Shown piece by piece: positions 25,218 through 35,364 of a stretch of DNA of 53,395 nucleotides. Location of the stretch: the IMG/VR virus record IMGVR_UViG_3300034050_000199, positions 1-53,395 of that record. One strand, 5' to 3'. The position numbers and the translations under genes were made by a program. The DNA comes from a virus. Its lineage: Duplodnaviria; Caudoviricetes. How positions within the stretch are numbered: the first letter of the stretch is position 1; every line of letters begins with the position of its first letter. A model generated the notes under the pieces. That model searched no databases, had not been told where the DNA came from, and was given only the letters and a program-made list of their open reading frames with translations.

Positions 25218-25834
25218 TGAGAAGTGCATTTAGCTTTATTGTTAAACCCGTAGGCAATAGGTATGACAATACAGTTAAAGTTGGTGATAAAGATTTAATT
25301 GTTAACACATCGATTGAATCTTTTAAAGCTGTTAATAATATGGCTGAAGTTTTAGCTGTACCCTTGTTTGGAACAACTGATATTAAAGTTGGTGACAAAG
25401 TAATAATACATCATAATGTTTTTAGAAGATTTTATGATATAAAGGGTAAACCAAAAAACAGTAGATCATACTTTAACGAAGACAAGTATTTTGTAGATTT
25501 TGATCAGATATATTTATATGGTGATGTTGGTAATTGGAAAGCTTTTGGTGACCGTTGCTTTATACAACCAATAAAAAATAATAACAGTTTTAGCTTAGAA
25601 AAAGAGCAAAGACTTATTGGAATACTAAAATATGGTAATAGCTCCTTAAATGAAGCAAAAATAGTGCCAGGTGACTTAGTAGGATATAAACCATACGGAG
25701 AATTTGAATTTATTATAGAAGGTAAACGATTATACTGTATGAAATCAAATGATATTGTAATTAAATATGAATATAGAGGAGACGAAGCAGAGTATAATCC
25801 AAGCTGGACACAAAGCAGTATTGGAATTAATTAA
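25217..25834 (+). CDS. protein with two tandem GroES-like domains
   Basis: IKVGDKVIIH and KAFGDRCFIQP...IVPGDLV.Y....EF.IEGKRLYCMKSNDIV both resemble GroES. Confidence 0.6.
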   Translation: MRSAFSFIVKPVGNRYDNTVKVGDKDLIVNTSIESFKAVNNMAEVLAVPLFGTTDIKVGDKVIIHHNVFRRFYDIKGKPKNSRSYFNEDKYFVDFDQIYLYGDVGNWKAFGDRCFIQPIKNNNSFSLEKEQRLIGILKYGNSSLNEAKIVPGDLVGYKPYGEFEFIIEGKRLYCMKSNDIVIKYEYRGDEAEYNPSWTQSSIGIN

Positions 25835-26045
25835 GGTTGCTGAAGAAGCTATCTTAGATAACGGGGAAGACGACTTAGCCGCGGATAAATTAAAAAATGC
25901 TGCAGCAACAAAAAAGTTAGCTATCTTCGATGCATTCGAGATACTTAATCGTATTGAAGAAGAAAGACAAAAATTAGATGCTCAAGATGCGAGCGAAAAA
26001 GCAAGCAAAGTTTTTAAAGGGTTTGCAGAAGGGAGATCTAAATAA
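25767..26045 (+). CDS. putative terminase small subunit
   Basis: Helical 92-aa protein ending GFAE.RSK directly before the large terminase; call is positional. Confidence 0.6.
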   Translation: MNIEETKQSIIQAGHKAVLELIKVAEEAILDNGEDDLAADKLKNAAATKKLAIFDAFEILNRIEEERQKLDAQDASEKASKVFKGFAEGRSK

Positions 26046-28267
26046 TGTACGAACAAAATTTAATAACCACATTAACTGACTATATTAAACCAACTATTAT
26101 AAGTAGGCTTAATAAAAGTAAGAAGTGGGAATACGGATATAATAAAGATCATGACATAATTGTTATAAGTAAGACAGGTAAGATTGGAGAAATTGTAGAA
26201 ATACAAAATTTAAAGATTGCATTACCTTATATTGAAAACGCTTACAAAAGATCTAATAAGAAAGAAGAACAATATTGGGAACAAGCTAAATATCCAAAAG
26301 AGCTTGAGCGTATCAAGAGTGTATTTGACTGGAATAAATATCCAGATAAATTTAAAGAAAATTGGTATGACTTTATTGATGCAGAATTCAAATACAGAGA
26401 AGAAGGTTTTTCTTTTTACAACAATGGTGTACCTACTTATATAACCGGTACACATTATATGTATTTACAATGGAGCAAGATTGACGTTGGTGCTCCGGAT
26501 TTTCGTGAATCTAACAGAGTGTTCTTTATATTTTGGGAAGCTTGTAAAGCAGATAATAGATGTTATGGTATGTGCTATTTAAAGAATAGACGTTCAGGAT
26601 TTTCATTTATGTCTTCTGCTGAGTTAGTTAACCAAGCTACATTAAGTTCTGATACAAGGTATGGAATACTATCTAAGTCAGGAGCCGATGCAAAGAAAAT
26701 GTTTACAGATAAGGTTGTACCTATATCAATAAACTATCCTTTTTTCTTTAAACCAATTCAAGATGGTATGGACCGTCCGAAAACTGAATTAGCTTATAGA
26801 ATACCTGCATCAAAATTAACAAGAAGAAAATTAGATGCTCAAGAGCAATTAGAAGAGCTTGAAGGATTAGATACTACGATTGACTGGAAAAATACTGGAG
26901 ACAATAGCTATGATGGTGAAAAGTTAAGATTATTAGTTCATGATGAAAGTGGTAAATGGGAAAGACCAGATAACATTTTAAATAACTGGCGTATTACAAA
27001 AACCTGTGTAAGGTTAGGTAGTAAGATCGTTGGTAAGTGTATGATGGGTTCTACTTCAAATGCTTTAGATAAAGGAGGAGACAACTTTAAAAAATTATAT
27101 TATAATTCAGATGTAACTAAACGTAACCGTAATGGTCAAACAAGCTCTGGATTATATTCTTTATTTATACCAATGGAATGGAACTTTGAAGGATTCATGG
27201 ATAAATTTGGTATGCCTGTTTTCTTAACACCTGAGCAACCTATTAAGGGAGCAGATGATATGTGGATTGATTATGGGGTTATTGAGCATTGGCAAAATGA
27301 AGTTGATGGTTTGAAATCGGATCAAGATGCTTTAAATGAATACTACAGACAGTTTCCAAGAACGGAACAACACGCATTCAGAGATGAAGCAAAGCAATCA
27401 TTATTTAACCTTACAAAAATATATGAGCAAATAGATTATAATGATGATCTAAGAAATTCAAATGTTATAACACAAGGTAGCTTCCAATGGGAGAATGGTA
27501 TACAAGATAGTAAAGTGATGTTTGTACCAAATAAAGATGGTAGGTTTTTAATTTCTTGGATTCCTCCGCTAAATCTCCAAAATCGTGTAATTATAAAGAA
27601 TGGAGTTAAATATCCTGGTAACGAACATTGCGGTGCATTTGGTTGTGACAGTTACGATATATCAGGAACAGTTGATGAGAGTAGAGGTTCTAAAGGAGCT
27701 TTACACGGATTAACAAAGTTTTCAATGGAAGATGTTCCACCTAGTCATTTCTTTTTAGAATATATAGCTAGGCCACAAACAGCGGAGATATTTTTTGAAG
27801 ATGTATTAATGGCTTTAGTATTTTATGGTATGCCAATATTAGCAGAGAATAACAAACCTAGATTGCTTTACTATTTAAAAAGAAGAGGATATAGAGGTTA
27901 TTCAATGAACAGGCCGGATAAAGTATGGAATAAGTTATCACCAGCAGAAAAAGAAATTGGTGGTATACCTTCAGCTTCACAAGATATGTTACAAGCTCAT
28001 GCGGCGGCTATCGAATCTTACATCGACAAATATGTAGGTTTATTAGAAGGTGGCTACGGGGATATGTATTTTCAAAAGACTTTGAATGACTGGTCCAGAT
28101 TTAATATAAATAATAGAACTAAGCATGATGCTACTATTAGTTCAGGTTTAGCTATAATGGCTTGCAACAAAAACGCTTACACACCTGTATTTCACGCTCC
28201 AAAAGAGACGGTTTCATTAGGTTTTAAAAAATATAATAACGAAGGTTTTAGTTCAAAAATAATATAA
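26045..28267 (+). CDS. terL: terminase large subunit
   Basis: Walker A-like YLKNRRSGFS, Walker B LLVHDESG, motif III GST, nuclease GAFGCDS...LAENN...HDATISSGLA. Confidence 0.93.
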   Translation: MYEQNLITTLTDYIKPTIISRLNKSKKWEYGYNKDHDIIVISKTGKIGEIVEIQNLKIALPYIENAYKRSNKKEEQYWEQAKYPKELERIKSVFDWNKYPDKFKENWYDFIDAEFKYREEGFSFYNNGVPTYITGTHYMYLQWSKIDVGAPDFRESNRVFFIFWEACKADNRCYGMCYLKNRRSGFSFMSSAELVNQATLSSDTRYGILSKSGADAKKMFTDKVVPISINYPFFFKPIQDGMDRPKTELAYRIPASKLTRRKLDAQEQLEELEGLDTTIDWKNTGDNSYDGEKLRLLVHDESGKWERPDNILNNWRITKTCVRLGSKIVGKCMMGSTSNALDKGGDNFKKLYYNSDVTKRNRNGQTSSGLYSLFIPMEWNFEGFMDKFGMPVFLTPEQPIKGADDMWIDYGVIEHWQNEVDGLKSDQDALNEYYRQFPRTEQHAFRDEAKQSLFNLTKIYEQIDYNDDLRNSNVITQGSFQWENGIQDSKVMFVPNKDGRFLISWIPPLNLQNRVIIKNGVKYPGNEHCGAFGCDSYDISGTVDESRGSKGALHGLTKFSMEDVPPSHFFLEYIARPQTAEIFFEDVLMALVFYGMPILAENNKPRLLYYLKRRGYRGYSMNRPDKVWNKLSPAEKEIGGIPSASQDMLQAHAAAIESYIDKYVGLLEGGYGDMYFQKTLNDWSRFNINNRTKHDATISSGLAIMACNKNAYTPVFHAPKETVSLGFKKYNNEGFSSKII

Positions 28268-28270
28268 TAG

Positions 28271-30688
28271 ATGGTTTATACTAATAATAATAGTTCTTTT
28301 CCTAGTCAGGTAGTACCAGATTCAGAGAAACAAAGCTACGAGTACGGAGCTAAAGTAGGTAGAGCTATTGAAAACGAATGGTTTAGAGGTGATAGAGTTG
28401 GTGGTGCTGGAAACAGATGGGGATCCAACTGGCAAAACTTCCACAGATTAAGATTATATGCTAGAGGTGAGCAATCAGTTCAAAAGTATAAAGATGAATT
28501 ATCAATCAATGGTGATTTATCTTATTTGAATCTTGACTGGAAACCTGTACCTGTTATACCTAAGTTTGTTGACATCGTTGTTAACGGTATATCTAGCAAG
28601 AACTACGATATTAAAGCATACGCACAAGATCCAGATTCAATTAAAAAGAAAACAAATTATGCTTCTGCAATACTTGAAGACATGATGGCCAAAGATCTTT
28701 TAAATGAAATACAAGGAACGTTAGGAGCAAATCTATATAATACTATGGATCCTGCTAATTTACCAGAGGATAAAGAAGAATTAGAAATTAGACTTCAATT
28801 AAGTTACAAGCAAGAAATTGAAATAGCTGAAGAAGAAGTAATAAGTCAAATATTAGATAACAATAAATATCCGTTAATAAACAAAAGATTAAATTACGAT
28901 TTAGTTGTTTTGGGTATTGCGGCAACAAAAACAAATTGGAACAAAGCAGAAGGAGTAACAATAGATTATGTTGACCCTGCTAACCTTGTTTATTCTTACA
29001 CAGAGGATCCAAACTTTGAAGATATATATTATGTTGGTGAAGTTAGATCTGTTACGTTAGAAGAGGTTAAAATGCAATTTCCACATTTAACAAAAGCTGA
29101 TTTAGAAGAGATTGAAAAATATCCAGGTGATGTAAATTATACACGTAACTATTACGGACAAGATTATGACACTTCTAATGTACAGGTGTTGTATTTTGAA
29201 TACAAAACATTTTCTAATCAAGTATTTAAAATTAAACAAACAGATGTTGGTTTAGAAAAAGCATTAGAAAAAACGGATGATTTTAATCCACCAGAAAGCG
29301 ATACATTTAGCAAAGTATCAAGAAGTATTGAAGTTTTATATTCAGGAGCAAAAATATTAGGTCACGAAAAAATGTTAGAATGGAAACTAGCAGAGAATAT
29401 GACGAGACCATTTGCTGATACAACAAGAGTACAAATGAATTATGCTATTTGTGCACCAAGAATGTATAAAGGCAGAATTGAATCATTAGTAAGCCGTATA
29501 ACAGGGTTTGCAGATATGATCCAGTTAACGCATTTAAAGATACAACAAGTATTAGCTAGATTAGTTCCTGATGGTGTATTCGTCGATGTTGATGGGTTAG
29601 CCGAAGTTGATTTAGGTAATGGTACAAATTATAATCCTGCAGAAGCATTAAATATGTATTTCCAAACAGGTAGTATCGTTGGTAGATCAATGACGCAAGA
29701 TGGAGATATGAACAGAGCTAAAATTCCAATACAGGAATTACAAACTTCATCAGGTAGCGGCAAGATACAATCATTAATACAAACATATCAGTATTACTTA
29801 CAAATGATACGTGATGTAACCGGATTAAATGAGGCAAGAGATGCTAGTACACCAGACAGAGATGCTTTGGTTGGTTTACAAAAAATGGCAGCAGCAAATT
29901 CAAACACTGCAACAAGACACATATTACAATCGAGTTTATATTTAACTCTACGTATATGTGAAAACATTTCAAGAAGAGTAGCTGATTCATTGAACTTCCC
30001 ATTAACAGCAAGTTCATTAATGCAAAGTATATCGGTATCATCAGTAGAAACATTAAAAGAATTACAAAACTTAAACTTACATGACTTTGGTATTTTCTTA
30101 GAATTAGAACCAGATGAAGAAGAAAGAGCACAATTAGAACAAAACATACAAGTTGCTTTACAATCAGGGGGTATTGATCTTGAAGATGCTATTGACTTAA
30201 GACAAATTAAAAATATTAAGCTAGCTAATCAGTCTCTTAAATATAAAAGAAAAAAGAAACAAGAAAGGGATCAAGAAAATCAAAAAGCAAACATACAAGC
30301 ACAAGCTCAAGCAAACGCTCAGTTAGCGCAAGAAACAGCAATGGCTGAAGTACAAAAGCAACAGGCAATTACAGAACAAAAAATACAATTAGAGCAATCT
30401 AAGTTAAATTTCGAGATTCAAAAGATGCAACAGGAAGCATTGATAAAGAAACAGTTAATGGCAGAAGAATTTAGTTATCAATTGCAATTAGCAGAAATGC
30501 AACTGGCTCAGGCTCAAGAGAAACTTAATAAAATGGAAGATCGTAAAGATCAAAGAACAAAGTTACAAGCCACACAACAATCTGAATTGATTGAACAAAG
30601 ACAAAACAATACATTACCAAAAGATTTTGAATCAGCAGGGTTTGACAATCTTGGTGGGTTTGGTTTGGAGCAGTTCTCTCCTAAATAG
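28271..30688 (+). CDS. portal protein
   Basis: 805 aa after TerL; PVIPKFVDIVVNG, IRDVTGLNEARD, long Gln-rich C-terminal coiled coil. Confidence 0.88.
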   Translation: MVYTNNNSSFPSQVVPDSEKQSYEYGAKVGRAIENEWFRGDRVGGAGNRWGSNWQNFHRLRLYARGEQSVQKYKDELSINGDLSYLNLDWKPVPVIPKFVDIVVNGISSKNYDIKAYAQDPDSIKKKTNYASAILEDMMAKDLLNEIQGTLGANLYNTMDPANLPEDKEELEIRLQLSYKQEIEIAEEEVISQILDNNKYPLINKRLNYDLVVLGIAATKTNWNKAEGVTIDYVDPANLVYSYTEDPNFEDIYYVGEVRSVTLEEVKMQFPHLTKADLEEIEKYPGDVNYTRNYYGQDYDTSNVQVLYFEYKTFSNQVFKIKQTDVGLEKALEKTDDFNPPESDTFSKVSRSIEVLYSGAKILGHEKMLEWKLAENMTRPFADTTRVQMNYAICAPRMYKGRIESLVSRITGFADMIQLTHLKIQQVLARLVPDGVFVDVDGLAEVDLGNGTNYNPAEALNMYFQTGSIVGRSMTQDGDMNRAKIPIQELQTSSGSGKIQSLIQTYQYYLQMIRDVTGLNEARDASTPDRDALVGLQKMAAANSNTATRHILQSSLYLTLRICENISRRVADSLNFPLTASSLMQSISVSSVETLKELQNLNLHDFGIFLELEPDEEERAQLEQNIQVALQSGGIDLEDAIDLRQIKNIKLANQSLKYKRKKKQERDQENQKANIQAQAQANAQLAQETAMAEVQKQQAITEQKIQLEQSKLNFEIQKMQQEALIKKQLMAEEFSYQLQLAEMQLAQAQEKLNKMEDRKDQRTKLQATQQSELIEQRQNNTLPKDFESAGFDNLGGFGLEQFSPK

Positions 30689-30719
30689 AACAACACAACT
30701 AATTATATAATATTTTATC

Positions 30720-31880
30720 ATGGCAGAACAAATTAAACAAGAAGGTGACTTTAAAATTAAAAAAGCTAAAGTACCTACCATTAAGCATGTATCAGCACAG
30801 TCTGTTGCAAAAGTAGATTTAACAACTAAACCAGTAGGCGATGCCGTTCAAGAGCAAACAACAGATGAAGGCGTGTTACAGCCAGGGCAACCCGAAATGG
30901 GATTGCAAGAAGTGGTCGAAGGAAACACCGAGCAAAAAATCATTACCGAACCGGTTGATGAGAAAGAAGTAGTTGTAGTTAATATTACAGAAACTACTGA
31001 AGAAGCAAAAGAACTTGAAGCAGAAGCAGAAAAAGCAATTAATGATTTAAAAGTATCAGGTAAACCATTACCAGAGAATATTGAAAAGTTAATTACTTTT
31101 ATGGAAGAAACAGGTGGAGATATAGAAGATTATACCCGTTTAAATACGGATTATTCTAAATTAAACCCAGAAGTTCTATTAAAAGAATATTACAAGAAAA
31201 CAAAACCACATTTAGATTTAGATGAGATTGACTTTCACATGGAAGAAACTTTTTCGTATGATGAGGATGAGGATGATGAGCGAGAAATTAAAAAGAAACG
31301 TATCGCTTTCAAAGAAGAGGTTGGTAAAGCCAAAAGCTTTCTAGAGGATCTTAAGAGTAAATATTATGATGAAATTAAATTAAAGTCTAATGTAAACCCA
31401 GATCAACAAAAAGCAATTGATTTTTTCAATCGATACAAAGAGGATCAACAATCAGTTGAGCAAATGCATTCAGCATTTAAAGATAATACCAAAAAGTTTT
31501 TTACACAAGATTTCAAAGGTTTTGATTTCAACGCAGGTGGAAAAACATTCAGGTTTAATCTACAAAATACTGACGCTGTTGCAGATAAACAATCAAACAT
31601 TACTAACCTACTTAAGAAGTTCTTAAACGAAAAAGGTGAAGTAACAGATATGACTGGGTATCATAAAGCAATGTATGCTGCTGAAAACACTGACAGTATT
31701 GCAAACCATTTTTACGAACAAGGTAAAGCTGACGCTATTAAAGAGATGTTAGCTAAATCAAACAACATTTCAACAGAGCCTAGACAAACGTCTGCTGGTG
31801 AAATTAACGTGAATGGATTTAAAGTAAGAGCTATCAATGGTGTTGATTCTTCAAAATTAAGAATTAAGAGTAAATTTTAA
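30720..31880 (+). CDS. putative capsid scaffolding protein
   Basis: Very acidic helical protein between portal and capsid; HFYEQGKADA motif. Confidence 0.7.
   Translation: MAEQIKQEGDFKIKKAKVPTIKHVSAQSVAKVDLTTKPVGDAVQEQTTDEGVLQPGQPEMGLQEVVEGNTEQKIITEPVDEKEVVVVNITETTEEAKELEAEAEKAINDLKVSGKPLPENIEKLITFMEETGGDIEDYTRLNTDYSKLNPEVLLKEYYKKTKPHLDLDEIDFHMEETFSYDEDEDDEREIKKKRIAFKEEVGKAKSFLEDLKSKYYDEIKLKSNVNPDQQKAIDFFNRYKEDQQSVEQMHSAFKDNTKKFFTQDFKGFDFNAGGKTFRFNLQNTDAVADKQSNITNLLKKFLNEKGEVTDMTGYHKAMYAAENTDSIANHFYEQGKADAIKEMLAKSNNISTEPRQTSAGEINVNGFKVRAINGVDSSKLRIKSKF
30841..30972 (+). CDS. nested +1-frame 43-aa basic protein MPFKSKQQMKACYSQGNPKWDCKKWSKETPSKKSLPNRLMRKK
   Basis: Manual translation; resembles small stand-alone phage MPFKS..Q...W..ETP..LP proteins; locally raised GC. 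Confidence 0.6.
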   Translation: MPFKSKQQMKACYSQGNPKWDCKKWSKETPSKKSLPNRLMRKK

Positions 31881-31897
31881 ACTAAAACAAACACATT

Positions 31898-33382
31898 ATG
31901 GCAACAGTAAATGTTACCCCGAACTTCGGTTCGATTAAGCCGTCACAAAAGCAACAAGCTTTAGACACAAACTATTTAAACTTTACGGATCCAAGTAACG
32001 CGGATTTCGTATCATTTGCACAACAATATTTACCAGAAGTTTATGAAGCTGAGGTAGAGCGTTATGGAAACAGAACATTATCTGGTTTCTTACGTATGGT
32101 TGGTGCTGAAATGCCAATGTCTTCTGACCAAGTTATCTGGTCTGAACAAAACAGATTACACGTTGCATACACAGGTGTAGACGTTGTAAGTGCTGCAGGT
32201 AATACTTTATTGATTGCAAGTAATTTGAATCCTTCTGTTGCTACTGATTATGTAGCTAACGTTATTTCAAAAAACCAAACAATCGTTATTATGAATCCTG
32301 CAACAGGATTAGAAGTTAAAGCTATCGTTACTGTTTCTGGAGCAAATGATACTTCTTCTAACGCTGCGAATGGTGCATTAACTGTTGCTCCTTATACTGC
32401 TGCTACTTTAGCTGCTGCTGGATTTACAGATGGAATGGACGATTTAAAAATCTTCGTTTATGGTTCTGAATACAAAAAAGGATCTACTTTAACAGGTGAT
32501 GATTACACTAGCATTCAACCTTCATTCACTCAATTTAATAACTCTCCAGTAATTATCCGTAACAAATATGCTGTTAATGGATCTGACACTGCACAAATCG
32601 GATGGGTAGAAATTGCTACTGAAGATGGTGCTGATGGTTACTACTGGTACTTAAAAGCTGAATCTGAAACAAGATTACGTTTTGAAGACTATTTAGAAAT
32701 GACAGTTGTAGAGGGTGAATTAGCTGCTGCAGGATCTGCTGCATTAGCTGCTGGTAAAAAAGGTACACAAGGTTTATTTGCTGCTGTTGAAGACAGAGGA
32801 AATATCTTAAATAACTTTAGCCCAGTTGGCGGTTTAGGTTCTTTCGATAATATCTTGAAAAACTTAGATACTCAAGGAGCAATCGAAGAAAACATGTTAT
32901 TCTTAAACCGTCAATTATCTTTAGATTTTGATGATATGTTAGCTGGTTTATCTGCTGGTTCAGCGGGTGGGGTTGCTTACGGTTTATTTGAAAACTCATC
33001 TGAGATGGCATTAAACTTAGGTTTCTCTGGATTCAGAAGAGGTTCTTATGACTTCTACAAAACTGACTGGAAATACTTAAACGATGCTTCAACTCGTGGG
33101 GCAATGACAGGTGTTGGTAGTTCAATCGAAGGTGTATTAATTCCAGCTGGAACTTCTACAGTTTACGATCAAATTTTAGGAACTAACATCCGTAGACCAT
33201 TCTTACACGTTCGTTATAGAGCTGCACAAGCTGATGACCGTAGAATGAAATCTTGGATCACTGGATCTGTTGGAGGTGCTTACACATCTGACTTAGATGC
33301 AATGGAGGTACACTTCTTATCTGAAAGATGTTTATGTGTGCAAGGTGCTAATAACTTCGTGTTATTCACTGCTTCAGCATAA
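31898..33382 (+). CDS. major capsid protein
   Basis: 494 aa, strongly biased codon use, position after scaffold, followed by a terminator; crAss-like MCP size and layout. Confidence 0.88.
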   Translation: MATVNVTPNFGSIKPSQKQQALDTNYLNFTDPSNADFVSFAQQYLPEVYEAEVERYGNRTLSGFLRMVGAEMPMSSDQVIWSEQNRLHVAYTGVDVVSAAGNTLLIASNLNPSVATDYVANVISKNQTIVIMNPATGLEVKAIVTVSGANDTSSNAANGALTVAPYTAATLAAAGFTDGMDDLKIFVYGSEYKKGSTLTGDDYTSIQPSFTQFNNSPVIIRNKYAVNGSDTAQIGWVEIATEDGADGYYWYLKAESETRLRFEDYLEMTVVEGELAAAGSAALAAGKKGTQGLFAAVEDRGNILNNFSPVGGLGSFDNILKNLDTQGAIEENMLFLNRQLSLDFDDMLAGLSAGSAGGVAYGLFENSSEMALNLGFSGFRRGSYDFYKTDWKYLNDASTRGAMTGVGSSIEGVLIPAGTSTVYDQILGTNIRRPFLHVRYRAAQADDRRMKSWITGSVGGAYTSDLDAMEVHFLSERCLCVQGANNFVLFTASA

Positions 33383-33394
33383 GCATAAATAATT

Positions 33395-33441
33395 GTAAAT
33401 TTTACCCTCGTTGAATCTACGGGGGTAATTTTTACTCTTTT
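33395..33441 (+). terminator. intrinsic terminator after the capsid gene
   Basis: Stem TTACCCTCGT/ACGGGGGTAA followed by a T-rich tract. Confidence 0.8.
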
Positions 33442-33474
33442 AATAAACAATAATTAATTATATAATATTTTATC

Positions 33475-34359
33475 ATGGCACAAGCTAAAACTGCTGCTAA
33501 AGCAAAAACTATTCAACCAAGTACATACGTTGAACCAGAAAATACATTTGAACAAAGTGTTGAAGAAACATACACATTAGATGAACAACCAGTTGCGAAA
33601 ACAAAACCGCAAACAGTGTTACCAAAATGGGAAATTAAAGATAGAACATATATTTTAGCAGGGCCACACTCTCCTTTAACATATACTATTTCTTCAAGAC
33701 ATACAAGTAGATTCCCTTTATTATGGTTTGACAAAGATAATGGTGATCAAAAAGAATTAAGATATGCTACGAACCAAAACTCTGTTTTTGTAGAAGATCA
33801 AAAAGGAGAATCAACCTTGGGACATATCATATTTAAAAACGGTACTTTGTTTGTACCAAAAGAAAAACAAAACTTACAAAAACTATTATCATTATATCAC
33901 CCAGACTTAAATAAGAAGTACAGAGAGTTTGATCCTGTTATTACTGCTGGAGATGATTTAGATGATATGGATATACAATTAGATGCGATGAATGCAGCAA
34001 GAGAAATGGATATTGATCAAGCTGAGGCAATACTAAGAGTTGAGATTGGATCTAAAGTTTCTAAAATGACTTCTAAAGAAATTAAAAGAGACTTAATGTT
34101 ATTTGCTAGAAGTAATCCATATTTATTTATTGATTTAGCAAATGATGAAAACGTACAGCTTAGAAATGTAGCTATTAGAGCTGTTGAAGCTGGTATCGTA
34201 ACTTTATCGCAAGATCAACGTACATTCTTATGGACATCGAACAATAGAAAATTAATGACTGTACCATTTGATGAAAACCCATACTCAGCTATGGCGGCAT
34301 TCTTCAAAACAGATGAAGGTATAGAAGTTTACAGGTCTATAGAGAAAAAAATAGATTAA
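33475..34359 (+). CDS. structural-module protein following the capsid gene
   Basis: 294 aa; ELRYATNQ.S.F...Q.G...LGHIIF.NG.L.VP. Confidence 0.75.
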   Translation: MAQAKTAAKAKTIQPSTYVEPENTFEQSVEETYTLDEQPVAKTKPQTVLPKWEIKDRTYILAGPHSPLTYTISSRHTSRFPLLWFDKDNGDQKELRYATNQNSVFVEDQKGESTLGHIIFKNGTLFVPKEKQNLQKLLSLYHPDLNKKYREFDPVITAGDDLDDMDIQLDAMNAAREMDIDQAEAILRVEIGSKVSKMTSKEIKRDLMLFARSNPYLFIDLANDENVQLRNVAIRAVEAGIVTLSQDQRTFLWTSNNRKLMTVPFDENPYSAMAAFFKTDEGIEVYRSIEKKID

Positions 34360-34379
34360 CACGTAATATTAATATATAG

Positions 34380-34403
34380 AGCGGTGGCTTAACGGTTACC
34401 GCT
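34380..34403 (+). terminator. intergenic hairpin (terminator or processing site)
   Basis: AGCGGTGGC/GTTACCGCT stem flanked by TATATA. Confidence 0.5.
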
Positions 34404-34428
34404 TATATATTATAATAAAATAAGCAAA

Positions 34429-35358
34429 ATGGCAATAAACGTAGATACAGTTTACAAAACCGTTTTATTAATACTTAACAAGGAGCAACGTGGTTACATG
34501 ACTCCTGATGAGTTTAATAAAATAGCAACTCAAGTTCAACTTGAAATATTCGAGGATTATTTTAATAATCTTAATCAACAATTAAGAGTACCGGATAATG
34601 ACAGTGAATATGCTGATAGGATAAAGAATTTAGATGAGCAATTAGCTGTGTTTAAAACTATAGGTAATTGTACTTATGTAGGTAATAGTGAATGGACTTT
34701 GCCAACATCATCAGGTATGGCTGTATATTCTTATGGCTTTACAACGGTTAATAATCAACCAGCATATATTCTTGGCAATCAATTAACGCAAGCAAGAATA
34801 CAAAATGGTTTGGTAAAAGTTTATTTTAGTGGAGTTTTACAAAATCCATCAGCATATACTATAGCAGACAATAATATAATATTAACAGCATTACCTACAA
34901 CAGCATTTGATGTGCTTATTACGGTTACTGATAACGACTTTTACAGATTAGGTACTGTAATATATGATGATACAATTGAAATGCAGAGAGTGCAGCGAAA
35001 TAACTTATTATATATAAATAAATCACCTTTAACAAAACCGACAAAAAAATACCCACTATATATATACGAAGAGGAAAAATTATACGTATATCCAGAAACA
35101 ATAGCCACAAACGATAAAGTTACAGCTTCTTTTGTTAGAAAGCCTAAAGATGTTATATGGAATTTTACCGCAACTGCTCCTTATTATACATATTCGTATA
35201 GTCCCAATACTTCGCAACAATTTGAATTAATGGTTTCTGAACAAACGAATGTTATAACAAAAATATTGTTATATTCGGGTGTTGTTATTAAAGATCCACA
35301 AATAATTCAAGTTGCAGCACAACAGATTCAAAACGAAAACATAAATTCAAAATCATAA
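34429..35358 (+). CDS. tail ring / head-tail adaptor protein
   Basis: VY.TVL.ILNKEQRGY.TP.EFN N-terminus; position in tail module. Confidence 0.65.
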   Translation: MAINVDTVYKTVLLILNKEQRGYMTPDEFNKIATQVQLEIFEDYFNNLNQQLRVPDNDSEYADRIKNLDEQLAVFKTIGNCTYVGNSEWTLPTSSGMAVYSYGFTTVNNQPAYILGNQLTQARIQNGLVKVYFSGVLQNPSAYTIADNNIILTALPTTAFDVLITVTDNDFYRLGTVIYDDTIEMQRVQRNNLLYINKSPLTKPTKKYPLYIYEEEKLYVYPETIATNDKVTASFVRKPKDVIWNFTATAPYYTYSYSPNTSQQFELMVSEQTNVITKILLYSGVVIKDPQIIQVAAQQIQNENINSKS

Positions 35359-35364
35359 TAAAAT

